Source of the DNA: Methanobacteriota archaeon
GTDB lineage: Archaea; Thermoplasmatota; Poseidoniia; Poseidoniales; Poseidoniaceae
Length of the DNA stretch: 64,000 nt
NCBI GenBank assembly: GCA_011526375.1
Contig: WTIT01000151.1
Span: forward strand, 42,130 to 106,129
Direction: 5' to 3'
Positions 19,556 through 30,063 of the stretch are shown one piece after another (the stretch's first letter is position 1; every line of letters begins with the position of its first letter). The translations under genes were made by a program, and so were the position numbers. The notes under the pieces were generated by a model. It worked only from the letters and a program-made list of their open reading frames with translations, made no database searches and had not been told where the DNA came from.

Positions 19556-21172
19556 TCAGATAATTGGCGATGGTACGTAACCGCCACCGGATGGATTCAA
19601 ACCTACTGTGTATGTCGAATCTGAGGTGATAATGAGTTGGGAAATTGAGTGGCTTGATTCCCCTATCAAATCTGGACTAAATACGAGTAGATTAAACGCC
19701 AACAATGCAGCGATAATCATCATTCCAGAATGCTTGAAACCAGCCGAGAACCGCCCGCTTTGCATCAATCCTGCCATCGAACCGTTGCCTATTGCTTGCA
19801 TAGTTACTCCATAATAGAACACCGTAACGAAAAACAATGGATCAATCGATCTAATTGTCATGTTTCCAATGTTAGCTCCACCCGAATCGCCACCACCCTC
19901 ATCACCAGAATTAGATTTCGCAATAGCAGGAATAAAGATCTTACCAAGCAAAGTAATTACACCCAAGAAAACGAAATATGAGGTCCAAATAACTGCGATG
20001 TATGAGCCAATCGCTCGATTTCTTTCACCCTCAAGGAACTTAATTTCTCGAGAGTCGTTCGCTGCGGTTACCAAAATATCAGAGATCTTTCCTCCAGCCC
20101 TATCTGCTTCGGCAATTAGAGTGATAGCACGCTTTACTAACGGGGTGCCAACACGCTCAGAAAATTGTTTGATAACATCACTAAACTTGATACCCCAACT
20201 GAGTTGGTCTGACATCTTCTTGACTTCGTCATTTAGGGCACCATATTCTGACTTAACCAGCGTCTGAACCGCTACCGTCATGGAAAGACCACCTTTCCAG
20301 TATTCTGCCATATCTCTTAGGAAATCTGGGAATTTCTCTTCGATTTCGTTCTTCCTTTGTTCTACTTTTTCCCAGTAGAATGATGCAGGGTATAGCAAAA
20401 AGAAGAAGGTCAGGCCAAAGAAATTTAGGAATATCATCGGCCTTAAATCAAATGGACCTAACTCTAGTTTGGGGCCTAGCCAGTATGATTTGTTATTCAT
20501 GTTAGTTGGAATTCCGTCATAAAAATCAAGAGTCATGTCAAACTCTGCCGAATTTAGTCGCTTACCATCCTCATTGGAGAATATGGCAACTTCATAGCCA
20601 CGATCCGGTTCTAGATTATCAATCTCAATTTCGCATACATCACTAGATTTGCCAGTCGTTCCAGTAAATGATCCCATCACGTTGAGGTCGGGATCTCTAA
20701 TTGCCACAGTATATTCTGTTGGAGTGGCTGCCTCGACATTACAATCCAAAGACAGTGGTTGTTCAATTACTACGTTTCCTTTGATTTGTTCTGGCATCCC
20801 AGGTACATCAAATGATTTAGCCTTCGAAATAAAATTAGTCCAAGGGTTCTCAGACCATTCTAATTGATCTGGCCGATCTTGCAAGATTGCGCAGGACTCA
20901 TTGGCCTGGTATGATGGCTTTACAGTACCACTAAACTCCGCTGAATAATCTGTTCCTAAATCATCCTGAGCGGTGGCTCCACAGTAGACATTGGTAAACA
21001 TTGGTTCACCATTTGCCGTTGGGATAAAACCTGAGTTTGTCACCCACATTATTCCAGAAGACAAACCGAGTATCACGGAGAAAAATATGATGATGTACAA
21101 ATTCTTCAGTGTTCGATCATCTTTAGGAAGGTCTAGTTCAACGACTAGCTTTTTCTTTTTCTTCCTAGCCAT
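19556..21172 (-). CDS. Type IV pilus/Tad-like platform protein (single T2SS-F domain, TadC/FlaJ-like) with an inserted ~200-aa Cys-containing extracellular domain
   Basis: Basic N-terminus, a TM, an extracytoplasmic domain with four Cys, then a T2SS-F-like helical region (RAITLIAEADRAGGKISDIL...) and C-terminal TMs. Confidence 0.6.
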   Translation of the reverse strand: MARKKKKKLVVELDLPKDDRTLKNLYIIIFFSVILGLSSGIMWVTNSGFIPTANGEPMFTNVYCGATAQDDLGTDYSAEFSGTVKPSYQANESCAILQDRPDQLEWSENPWTNFISKAKSFDVPGMPEQIKGNVVIEQPLSLDCNVEAATPTEYTVAIRDPDLNVMGSFTGTTGKSSDVCEIEIDNLEPDRGYEVAIFSNEDGKRLNSAEFDMTLDFYDGIPTNMNNKSYWLGPKLELGPFDLRPMIFLNFFGLTFFFLLYPASFYWEKVEQRKNEIEEKFPDFLRDMAEYWKGGLSMTVAVQTLVKSEYGALNDEVKKMSDQLSWGIKFSDVIKQFSERVGTPLVKRAITLIAEADRAGGKISDILVTAANDSREIKFLEGERNRAIGSYIAVIWTSYFVFLGVITLLGKIFIPAIAKSNSGDEGGGDSGGANIGNMTIRSIDPLFFVTVFYYGVTMQAIGNGSMAGLMQSGRFSAGFKHSGMMIIAALLAFNLLVFSPDLIGESSHSISQLIITSDSTYTVGLNPSGGGYVPSPII

Positions 21173-21181
21173 AATACCAAC

Positions 21182-22219
21182 TCACATTTCCTGTTCCTTA
21201 CTGCTTGTGTACACCAGAACGGCATAAGCAATGTGAATCATTGGAATGAATCCAAGTACAATCCCATATAGCATACCTTCAGACATCTGCGCACCTGAGC
21301 CGGAAACCCAGAACATAATTACCAACATCACAATCAAAAACAGCGGCATAGCAACTGCGACAACAATGTAAGACTCGGCAAGCAGGGCTATCGATTCCAA
21401 GAATTGTTGCAGTCTAGTCCGATTTTCTCTCATGTAGTGTTCAGCACGATTCAAGAAATACAATTTCAAATGACCACCAGAGGTCAAGGTTCCTACCATT
21501 CCTTGGAAGAACTCAGTTAGCCAAACTGATGCGGCCCTATCTACACTGAGTTTAATTGCGGTAATCAGGTCATATCCAAGCAGTGTTACATCTCGATAAA
21601 TTAGACCCGCATCTTCGCTTACATCACCGTAGATATCTTTGTTCATTGCTAAAGATCGGAAGATTTTGGCTGGAGTTGCATTTGCTGCAGACATTGCAGC
21701 AGTGTAAGATGCAGCATAAGGAAGATACTTTTCGATTTGAGCGCCTCTTCTGTCGGCTTCGCGTTTTGCTCCACCACGAACCAAAAGGAAGCCTGAATAG
21801 GGAACAATTGCTCCCAAAAGTACCAATATCAGAATCTTGAATGGAGCAGGAAATACTCTGGTAGCATACTCTGGACAACCATTTCCTGGTTTTGATTTGT
21901 CAACAAGTTCGGGCTCCCAATATTCCCAATCAAGACACGGGTTGATGGTTGCAGGGTCCTGTAGACTTTCCCAAAAGGCGATTACCCCTAGCTCTGGCAT
22001 GAAGAATATACCAATTATCCCCCAACACACGAGGGCTATTGCAATTGAGGTAAAAATAACTGTAGATAGGTAAACCTCTGGCATTATACCCATTGAACCT
22101 TTGACTAAGTTTTCTGATAGTGCTACATCTCTGCGGGCTCTTTTTTTCAAGATTCTACCAAGAATCCTGTTACAGAATCTTTGCCACGCAGTAAGTTCCA
22201 TTTGGCTCCATCCTCTCAA
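21182..22219 (-). CDS. Type IV pilus/Tad-like platform protein (TadB/FlaJ-like, single T2SS-F domain)
   Basis: A T2SS-F-like cytoplasmic helical domain flanked by TM helices. It sits immediately downstream of the ATPase gene. Confidence 0.65.
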   Translation of the reverse strand: MRGWSQMELTAWQRFCNRILGRILKKRARRDVALSENLVKGSMGIMPEVYLSTVIFTSIAIALVCWGIIGIFFMPELGVIAFWESLQDPATINPCLDWEYWEPELVDKSKPGNGCPEYATRVFPAPFKILILVLLGAIVPYSGFLLVRGGAKREADRRGAQIEKYLPYAASYTAAMSAANATPAKIFRSLAMNKDIYGDVSEDAGLIYRDVTLLGYDLITAIKLSVDRAASVWLTEFFQGMVGTLTSGGHLKLYFLNRAEHYMRENRTRLQQFLESIALLAESYIVVAVAMPLFLIVMLVIMFWVSGSGAQMSEGMLYGIVLGFIPMIHIAYAVLVYTSSKEQEM

Positions 22220-23781
22220 CGTAATCCGTCAACTCTAGCGAGAATTTCATTAGGACGTACATAATATTCTGTAACAATCTGTGAAACTTGATCTGCTTTC
22301 CTGATATCATTCAAAACCATCCATTCAAGGATTCTCTTTCGGGTTCTCAATTCTCTCCTCATATCGTCTTGAGAATAGTTTAGCTTCACCATAATTTTCT
22401 CTAAAACATATGACTTACCGCTAAAGATAAAGTCGTCAGAGGTCACATCCCAGCGGAATACTTCATTGGTAATCACTTCAAGAGAATTGGGGTCAATACC
22501 AACAATCTCAACAAGTTGCTTGGTCCTTCTTACACGCTTGCCATTAATTCTCGTTTGAATCTGAATAGAACACGCTTCTAGAGCTGGTAGAAGAACACGA
22601 GGAATGTCGATTGGTTTGTTTTCCAACCTGTGAACTAGTGATGGCACAGAATCTGCGTGTACTGTAGAATATGCACAGTGACCAGTAGCCATCGCTTGGA
22701 ACAGTACATATGCTTCAGCACCACGAATCTCACCCACAATGATATATTCTGGCCGTTCTCTTAACGCCGCTTTAAGCAATTCGAACTCACCGATTACACC
22801 TTCTGTTGATTCACCGCCAAAACCTTGTCTTGTCAGACCTGGAACCCAGTTTGGTTGAGGAATGTTTACTTCTCTGGTAGATTCGATTGATACAATTTTC
22901 ATCTGCCAAGGAATGAAGATACACATAGCGTTTAATGTCGTTGTTTTTCCAGAAGCAGTACCACCTACGAATAGCATTGGAACCTCATTTTGGAAGGCTA
23001 TCCAAAGGTAGGATACCATCAACGAAGACATTGTCCTAAACGCAATAATGTCCGCTGGAGAGAAAGGATCGTCTTTGAATCTACGAATACAGAATGAAGA
23101 ACCTCGTGTTGATACTTCATGTCCTAATTTCATGACTATTCTTGACCCATCCATCAGTGTTGCATCGAGTAGCGGGTCGGCAACTGAAATGTGCTTACCA
23201 CACCGTTGTGCCAATTTGATAACATATGATTCTAATTCATCATCGGTTTTCCAGATACAGGTAGTTTCTACCGACTCAAATTTTCGATGATAGGCAAAAA
23301 TCGGTACATTTGTTCCATCCAAGGAGATATCTTCCACGTTGGCATCGTTCATCAGAACGTCCATTTCTCCGTAACCGATTAGGTCCCTTTTTAGGTAATA
23401 GAAAATTTTGGATTTTGACTTTTTGTTGATTTTCATTCCATATGACTTGATGACCTTGTCCATAGCAGTTCTAAGATATGCTTCTGGATTTGCATCAATC
23501 TCATCGATGTTGGCAGTTAAAGAACGAATGAAGATATCCATGATCTCCTCTCGATACTGCTCTTCTTTCTTTGTCATCGGTGGTTCAATGATTTGGTAAA
23601 TGATGTTTAGTGTTGCTCTATCACGAACAACTCTAGCGAATGCGTGAGGCGGCATGACTGGATATTTGTCAAGCTCGTCATACTGTGCCCTCTGCTGTGC
23701 ACGCTGTCGTTTTTTCGAATCTCCGCGCTTCCCACGTTTTCTCGCCAAACCATTACCCCCTGCCGATACATTTGATGACAT
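22216..23781 (-). CDS. Type IV pilus/archaellum assembly ATPase (FlaI/TadA/VirB11 family)
   Basis: Walker A GGTASGKTTTLNA, Walker B IIVGEIRGAEA and His box AMATGHCAYSTVHA. Confidence 0.85.
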   Translation of the reverse strand: MSSNVSAGGNGLARKRGKRGDSKKRQRAQQRAQYDELDKYPVMPPHAFARVVRDRATLNIIYQIIEPPMTKKEEQYREEIMDIFIRSLTANIDEIDANPEAYLRTAMDKVIKSYGMKINKKSKSKIFYYLKRDLIGYGEMDVLMNDANVEDISLDGTNVPIFAYHRKFESVETTCIWKTDDELESYVIKLAQRCGKHISVADPLLDATLMDGSRIVMKLGHEVSTRGSSFCIRRFKDDPFSPADIIAFRTMSSLMVSYLWIAFQNEVPMLFVGGTASGKTTTLNAMCIFIPWQMKIVSIESTREVNIPQPNWVPGLTRQGFGGESTEGVIGEFELLKAALRERPEYIIVGEIRGAEAYVLFQAMATGHCAYSTVHADSVPSLVHRLENKPIDIPRVLLPALEACSIQIQTRINGKRVRRTKQLVEIVGIDPNSLEVITNEVFRWDVTSDDFIFSGKSYVLEKIMVKLNYSQDDMRRELRTRKRILEWMVLNDIRKADQVSQIVTEYYVRPNEILARVDGLR

Positions 23782-23852
23782 GCATTGGATAACTATAACA
23801 CTTCGGTGAAACGAAGGGTAAAAATGGCTACACTAACCACTCATTTAGGCCT

Positions 23853-24413
23853 TCAACTGTTATTTTCTGTAAACTCTTGAAGCCACTGATTTGCTGCTTT
23901 AACTAAATCTTCCAAAGTAGATTCGTTGACTATAGTAAAATTGGCGGCATCGATAAGGGAGTACAAACCCCATCCTGCTTCTCTCGCTTCTCGAATCTCA
24001 AATTGGCCTCTATCTCCATCCTCCGAACGACCTCTTTTTTGGGTTCTTTGAAACCTAACCTCTGGATTTGCCGTTATTGCAATACTGCTGAAATTTGGCA
24101 TCCATCTCGAATTAAAAATTTCATATTCTGCCGTACCGCGCATTCCTTCAATCAATACAATTGGATGCGTTTTCATCAACTCGGAGACCTCATCTGCAAG
24201 CCTAACTGCAAGAATATCTTCGCCGAATTCGGCTCTTAGCTCAGCTGCAACCTCGCCATAGATAGTCGGGCTACCTTCTATGCCTCGGGCTTTGACCTCA
24301 GCGCGTATCATATCGCCCATAGACCTGACAGGGATGCCATTGGCAGCGATAATATTGGCAAATTCACCTTTCCCGGAGCCGGGCATTCCGCATACTGCCA
24401 CAGCATGACCCAT
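23853..24413 (-). CDS. UPF0200-family P-loop nucleotide kinase (dephospho-CoA kinase-like)
   Basis: VAVCGMPGSGKGEFANIIAANGIPVRSMGDMIRAEVKARG parallels the archaeal UPF0200 N-terminus. Confidence 0.55.
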   Translation of the reverse strand: MGHAVAVCGMPGSGKGEFANIIAANGIPVRSMGDMIRAEVKARGIEGSPTIYGEVAAELRAEFGEDILAVRLADEVSELMKTHPIVLIEGMRGTAEYEIFNSRWMPNFSSIAITANPEVRFQRTQKRGRSEDGDRGQFEIREAREAGWGLYSLIDAANFTIVNESTLEDLVKAANQWLQEFTENNS

Positions 24414-24483
24414 GTCAGTTCCTGATGTCGATAACACATCAAAGTACCTGTATTGAAATTCAAATCAGTTCAATTCACTATCC

Positions 24484-26178
24484 CTAATTGCTAAACTCAG
24501 CACTACCCCAGCGCCGATCCATCAATTTCCAGAGAACTGCAGAAGCGAATAATAAGAAGGCGGAAATTGTCAACATTCCAACATAACCCTGCCTAACCAT
24601 GGTCTCATCATACATGCCAGCAGTTGCGGCCAAACCATCCTCTGAAGCACGTTCCCACCAATTGCCGTAGAGCGATACATCGCCTTGAGTAAAGGAAAGT
24701 AGGAATAATCCGAGTAAAGGTAGCACTGTACCAACCCAGAACCAAATCATAATCGACGCATCAAAAATTGCTTTATTCGGCCTTAAACCCATCAGAAATG
24801 CAGTCAGTGCAACAATGTAGATTGAATTAGCAAACATGACAACTATGCTGGTTGGAAGCGAGGCCCATTCATCTAGTCTCCAAGCCATCAAAATAATGAA
24901 AATTAATGATATCCAAGACGTTATCAAAAAGTAAACTAGCACTTTTGCTCTAATCAATTGTGGCACCCTAACCGGCAAACCATTCATGAATTCAGGGGAA
25001 TCTAAGATTGTCAGCCATGAGTAAAAATTGAACCCAAAAAATCCCAAAAATGGCGCATAGGATAGTAAATTAATCGGTATTGGTGCTTCAGCAAAATCGA
25101 TTAGCCAAGCCATTCCTAACAGTACTGCCAAAGGAATTGTATAGGATACAACCATTTTCTTAATCGAACCTGATCTAAACAAATCGACAAATTCCTTAGC
25201 AACAATAAGTCTAATTTCACCTCGTCCCAAGAAAGACAATTTGTCATAGATCGGTTTGAACAAGTCGCCTTTTTCTACAACACTTACATCAAAATCATCG
25301 ATGATTAGTAGTGATGAAAGATATCCAAGTAGTAGGCATAATCCAAATCCAGTTATTCCTAGTATCAGGTTCTTACTAGTCTGAATACTCAACCCAATCA
25401 ATATGACATCTATGTCAAAAACCCCGACTCCGATTATGATGCCAAGAAGAACAACAACCATCGGTCCAAAGACAGTGAATGGCCTGCCTCTCATCCATAG
25501 CGCTGATGCGAGAAATGAGATGGCTAAACCTTGAGCAAGAGTCACAACCATGGCAAACCATGTCCATGGTAAACTGGAATATTCTAAAGGAGTAGTTATG
25601 CCAAAAAATGTGTCGAGACCTTTACCAAGTCCCATGCCAACAATAATTGGCGACAAGATCAATAGTACATAGAACACTAAATCCTTGACAAAGTAGGCAA
25701 AATGAGCCATCGAATTTGGCAGAGGTTGTAATGCTGGTGATGCCAATAGGTGGTTTTTTGTTGCTGTTCTTCTAACTAAAGCATCCCTGCCCATAAAAGC
25801 GAATGTACCCATTCCCAAGCTGAACATCAATAACGGAAGGTGTAGTGCAAAACGTAATTCCTGCCAAGTAAAACTATTGGCATCTGTGTCGGTTGTTTGT
25901 GCTGCAGAGTCGCCAACTAGAAATTGTAATCCAACTGTAGACACCATGGTAACAAGCGCAAGTAACATTGGGAAAAGTACCATTTGCCTTGCTTTAGCAA
26001 ATTCAACATTCTTGCGGAATTCTTCCTTGAACATTACAGTAAATGTCGCCCTGAATGATGACAACCCTCGTAGTGGCGTCAAGAGAAGTTGTCCTCCCGA
26101 GTGAGTACCTAATCCAATTAAAGAGGTGGAACGGTCTATCTCGTCCCATTCTCTAGAGATTATTTGGGCACCAGGCAA
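24484..26178 (-). CDS. ABC-2 type polytopic permease
   Basis: ~12 TM helices, starting 3 nt after the ABC ATPase gene. Confidence 0.5.
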   Translation of the reverse strand: MPGAQIISREWDEIDRSTSLIGLGTHSGGQLLLTPLRGLSSFRATFTVMFKEEFRKNVEFAKARQMVLFPMLLALVTMVSTVGLQFLVGDSAAQTTDTDANSFTWQELRFALHLPLLMFSLGMGTFAFMGRDALVRRTATKNHLLASPALQPLPNSMAHFAYFVKDLVFYVLLILSPIIVGMGLGKGLDTFFGITTPLEYSSLPWTWFAMVVTLAQGLAISFLASALWMRGRPFTVFGPMVVVLLGIIIGVGVFDIDVILIGLSIQTSKNLILGITGFGLCLLLGYLSSLLIIDDFDVSVVEKGDLFKPIYDKLSFLGRGEIRLIVAKEFVDLFRSGSIKKMVVSYTIPLAVLLGMAWLIDFAEAPIPINLLSYAPFLGFFGFNFYSWLTILDSPEFMNGLPVRVPQLIRAKVLVYFLITSWISLIFIILMAWRLDEWASLPTSIVVMFANSIYIVALTAFLMGLRPNKAIFDASIMIWFWVGTVLPLLGLFLLSFTQGDVSLYGNWWERASEDGLAATAGMYDETMVRQGYVGMLTISAFLLFASAVLWKLMDRRWGSAEFSN

Positions 26179-26180
26179 AT

Positions 26181-26957
26181 TTATTCCTCCTCATTTGCCT
26201 CTTGTTCAAATAATTTCTCGACATCTTCAATCGATTTACCCACAAGGCGGATGAACACATCTTCGAGAGTTTCTTCAGCGTTTTGTTTCAAACCTCTAAC
26301 TGTGCCGGCAGCAAGCACCTTACCGTCATTGATAATTGCCATTCTGTTACACATTCTCTCAGCCATTTCAAGTACGTGAGAGCAGAGGAAAATTGTTCCA
26401 CCATTTCTTACATGTTCAAGTAACCATTCGCGACATTTTCTTTGATATATTGGATCCAAATTGGCAAAGGGTTCATCCAAAAATAATAATTTGGGTTTAT
26501 GGATGAATGCAGAGGCAAGCATTACTTTTTGGCGTTGTCCTTTTGACAAATCCTTGCACATCGTATTCCTTTTTTCTTCAAGTCCGAACCAATCTAACCA
26601 ATATTCGACTTCGTTGTCACTGTCACTTAAATCTCGTAATTTAGCAACGAATTGGAGAAACTCAACCGGTGTCAAATAGGATGGCGGAGATTCAGATTCA
26701 GGAACGATACCGATGTTGGCTTTAACCTTCTGAGGCGACTTGGTAGCATTTATTCCTAAAACCTCGATTTGCCCTTTACTCGGTTTAAGTTGGCCTGTAA
26801 GCAGTTTGATGAAAGTAGATTTTCCCGCCCCGTTTGGGCCAAAAACTCCGAAGAATTCTCCCGAGTGCACCTCAACATTGAGTGGATGAAGTGCGATAAA
26901 ATCACCATACTTTTTTGCCATGTCGACTGCTTTTACTAACGGCGCGTCGTCACTCAT
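26181..26957 (-). CDS. ABC transporter ATP-binding protein
   Basis: Walker A GPNGAGKST, signature LSKGQRQKV and Walker B LLFLDEP. Confidence 0.85.
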   Translation of the reverse strand: MSDDAPLVKAVDMAKKYGDFIALHPLNVEVHSGEFFGVFGPNGAGKSTFIKLLTGQLKPSKGQIEVLGINATKSPQKVKANIGIVPESESPPSYLTPVEFLQFVAKLRDLSDSDNEVEYWLDWFGLEEKRNTMCKDLSKGQRQKVMLASAFIHKPKLLFLDEPFANLDPIYQRKCREWLLEHVRNGGTIFLCSHVLEMAERMCNRMAIINDGKVLAAGTVRGLKQNAEETLEDVFIRLVGKSIEDVEKLFEQEANEEE

Positions 26958-27036
26958 GAAACTACCAGACTGTTCTAATCTATGTAATATTGGTTTCAAC
27001 CACAATCGGATAAATCATGAAGTTGATTGTAATAGC

Positions 27037-27885
27037 ATGCTCATGGACGAGGTAAGCACATCTGTTTTGACGGTAGAGAAAATTCCGTTAAATGATGACT
27101 CAATGGATGGATATATTGCAAAAGCAACAATAAATAGACCAAATAAATTGAACGCTTTGAATGCTGAGGTTATGGACTCATTGAAGAATTTCTGTGCCTG
27201 GGTGGAAAGCAACAAATCGGTAAGGTGTGTTATCATCGCTGGTGCCAAACCCCTACCGGCGGAAGAAGGAAAGCGACCAAAACCTAATGCCTTCGTCGCC
27301 GGAGCAGATATTTCAGAATTTGTCGGCATGGATAGTGCTGCAACCAAAATCAAATTCACTGACAATGCGGTAGAAGCGCTGTGGGGACTGACCAAACCAA
27401 CAATCGCGATGGTCGATGGATTTGCTCTAGGAGGCGGGTGTGAGGTAGCGTGTTCTTGTGACATAAGAATAGCATCCGACCGAGCAAAATTTGGTACTCC
27501 TGAAATTAATCTCGGTTTAATTCCAGGCTATGGCGCAACTCAACGGTTAGCCAAGTTAATTGGTTACGGCAAAACGCTGGAAATGGTGATGACAGGTGAA
27601 ATGATTAACGCCCAAGAGGCTAAATCAATTGGCTTAGTGAACCATGTCTGTGCACCAGAAGAGTTAGAAGCAGTGACTTTAGACATGGCAAACAAAATTG
27701 CCAGTAAGTCAGTGTTCACCCTCGCTGCAGCAAAGCGTACAATTAGGGCATCTCTAAACAATACTCTAGATCAAGGTGTGGCAATTGAAGCGGAAGAGTT
27801 TGCCAATTTGTTTGATAGTAAAGACAAGGAAGAAGGGGTAAAAGCTTTCATGGAAAGAAGCAAGCCAAAATGGCAAGATATGTGA
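27037..27885 (+). CDS. Enoyl-CoA hydratase/isomerase (crotonase family)
   Basis: FVAGADI and VDGFALGGGCEVACSCDIRIA. The internal start MLMDEV avoids overlap with the divergent ABC gene. Confidence 0.85.
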   Translation: MLMDEVSTSVLTVEKIPLNDDSMDGYIAKATINRPNKLNALNAEVMDSLKNFCAWVESNKSVRCVIIAGAKPLPAEEGKRPKPNAFVAGADISEFVGMDSAATKIKFTDNAVEALWGLTKPTIAMVDGFALGGGCEVACSCDIRIASDRAKFGTPEINLGLIPGYGATQRLAKLIGYGKTLEMVMTGEMINAQEAKSIGLVNHVCAPEELEAVTLDMANKIASKSVFTLAAAKRTIRASLNNTLDQGVAIEAEEFANLFDSKDKEEGVKAFMERSKPKWQDM

Positions 27886-27896
27886 GTAAAGCTAAC

Positions 27897-28808
27897 TCAA
27901 TCCTCGTCCATCTGTGCCTTCATTGCTGCTAGCGCATCGCTTGCGTTTGGCAGTGGAGGTAACGGCAAATTGCCGTCTGGTAATGGAGGTAGTGGCATAC
28001 CATCAAGACCGGGCAGTTCAGGTAATTTCACCTTCTTTTCTACTTCTTCGAATCCTGAATCTAATGGCGTTCTTAACTTGAGAATTGTACCTTCATCGAG
28101 GCGAATAAATGTAGCACCATATACGTGGCCTGCCTCTGGTTTTAATGGCTCATCTAGTATGTTCATTCCGTGCTCAGGATTTTGTAGAACTGCAACAATA
28201 TCTTCGCCTTCATTGTGTTGTTCCCACATTCTGACTGTGGAAGCTCTGATTTCTGCGAGTTGATTACGTCGTCGCTTTTCGATTCTTTCCCTAATTTCTT
28301 GATGCTTGACACGACGATTAGAGACCGTCATTTCGATATCAGCATCTTCTACTGATTCTGGACTTACCTCAACTACATATTCATCAGCAGTATGGACATT
28401 TTCAAGAGTTACCTCTACAGTGGCAATTTCTTCACCTTCTTCTTCAGAATCGACATTTTGCTGATTAGCCGCCTGGATTTTGGCTAATTTCCTTTCTCGA
28501 AGAGATACGCCATCTAAATTATCCTCAGCGGTAACAGGAGGGGGGATATCTGCACCAGAGGCATCATCACTTTCAGATTCTGTATTGATTGATTCAGTTA
28601 CTATCGCTGGTTGTGCAGAAGTAACTTGCCCACTTGGTTTGACACCTCTACCGCCCAATAAAACCCAAGCAAATGTGGCACCAAAAGTAATTCCGATCAG
28701 TGTCCAAGAACCATTATCAGAAAGACTCGAGGCTGAAGTGAGATAGAATATGCCGGCGCTTGCAGCGACAAGACCACATAGCGTCCTCAAGAATCCCATG
28801 TCCCTCAC
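27897..28808 (-). CDS. Membrane-anchored acidic protein with Pro-rich C-terminus, unknown function
   Basis: Two N-terminal TMs, an acidic stretch and LPPLPDGNLPLPPLP repeats. Confidence 0.3.
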   Translation of the reverse strand: MRDMGFLRTLCGLVAASAGIFYLTSASSLSDNGSWTLIGITFGATFAWVLLGGRGVKPSGQVTSAQPAIVTESINTESESDDASGADIPPPVTAEDNLDGVSLRERKLAKIQAANQQNVDSEEEGEEIATVEVTLENVHTADEYVVEVSPESVEDADIEMTVSNRRVKHQEIRERIEKRRRNQLAEIRASTVRMWEQHNEGEDIVAVLQNPEHGMNILDEPLKPEAGHVYGATFIRLDEGTILKLRTPLDSGFEEVEKKVKLPELPGLDGMPLPPLPDGNLPLPPLPNASDALAAMKAQMDED

Positions 28809-28832
28809 TCACATCCAATTGGTTCTAATTTA

Positions 28833-29498
28833 TCATGCTGATGGCAATTGGCTAAACAAGTTTTGTAGTGCTCTGCTTCGGTGACTAAACTTGTTTTTGA
28901 CCTCCAAATCCACTGCACCAAATGTTTTGCCATGCGTGCTATGTTCACCATAATTTCCAGCACTTAAGGGTTGGAAATTCGCATCTAGATCATATGGTAT
29001 GAATATAGGATCAAAGCCAAAACCATTCCCATCCATTGTCTCAGTTGCTATGTGTCCAGGACATACCCCCTCCCCAATAATGATTTGATCATTACGCCAC
29101 AATGCCGCTACTGCTCTAAACTGAGCCGACCTTAGGCTAGCACTGGAAACAGGATCTTCAGTCTCCAAATGATTAAGCAATCTGATAATTCCTAAATTAC
29201 CGATGGTCGAATGCACATAAGACGAGTAAACACCTGGAAATCCATCTAATGCGGACACAAATAGTCCAGCATCCTCGACTAATATCATATCCCCTTCTTT
29301 GAATTCATTAGGAAGGTGACTCAAGGCTTGATTTATTTTAGATTCTGCAACAACTTCTAATGAAGTTGCTTGAGGCTCAAACAATTGTTCTTCATCGACA
29401 ATTAATTGCCTAACACTGTATCCTAGTTTAGTCAGGTGATTATCTGCTTCGGCAAGTTTTCCGGCATTTCCAGTTAGGAACCAAATCGTCGGACTCAT
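28833..29498 (-). CDS. Non-canonical purine NTP pyrophosphatase (Ham1/RdgB/ITPase)
   Basis: The N-terminal FLTGNAGKLAEA and the FGFDPIF motif. Confidence 0.85.
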   Translation of the reverse strand: MSPTIWFLTGNAGKLAEADNHLTKLGYSVRQLIVDEEQLFEPQATSLEVVAESKINQALSHLPNEFKEGDMILVEDAGLFVSALDGFPGVYSSYVHSTIGNLGIIRLLNHLETEDPVSSASLRSAQFRAVAALWRNDQIIIGEGVCPGHIATETMDGNGFGFDPIFIPYDLDANFQPLSAGNYGEHSTHGKTFGAVDLEVKNKFSHRSRALQNLFSQLPSA

Positions 29499-29598
29499 GA
29501 TGGTGGGATAAGGTTTGATTTATCATGTCTATCGATAAAATGCGGTTGTGAGGATTTTCTATGACATGATTTAACACAGATAACCATCACGAAAGAAT

Positions 29599-29973
29599 AT
29601 GCTTCAGCAAGTAGCCTTGGTTGCGTTTGGTGGCGCTATAGGTGCAGTTCTGCGATACGGAGCTGGGAACATCATAGAGTCCGGAGATTTCCCCACATCC
29701 ACTTTTTTGGTTAATATTGTAGGTTCATTCACCTTAGGTTTGTTGACAATACTAGCGATAAAACAGGGCTACTCAGATGATTTATTACTATTCTTTGGCG
29801 TAGGTATACTTGGTTCATTTACCACAATGTCAACTTTTTCTGTCGAGACGATTTCGTTGTTAAGGGATGATAATCTAATGCTAGCATTAGGATATGCTAC
29901 ACTGTCATTTTTCACATGCATTTTGTTTGCCTTTTTTGGTTATGAATTGGGCGACAGATTGGAAATGGGTTGA
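29599..29973 (+). CDS. crcB: Fluoride channel CrcB/FluC
   Basis: 4-TM, 124 aa, with GGAIGAVLRY and GFTTMSTFS motifs. Confidence 0.85.
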   Translation: MLQQVALVAFGGAIGAVLRYGAGNIIESGDFPTSTFLVNIVGSFTLGLLTILAIKQGYSDDLLLFFGVGILGSFTTMSTFSVETISLLRDDNLMLALGYATLSFFTCILFAFFGYELGDRLEMG

Positions 29974-30063
29974 CCATTGCATTACTTTATTAACACCAAG
30001 TATGGTGGAAATTCACAAGGCAGGAACTGTGAAAAAATTTAGTGTGCCCTAAGAGTTGAGAAA

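Noticed and set aside
29499-29598. Possible fluoride riboswitch upstream of crcB.
   Set aside because: I could not find the conserved crcB-motif elements in the 100-nt leader from memory. An Rfam scan would decide it, but I make no call.
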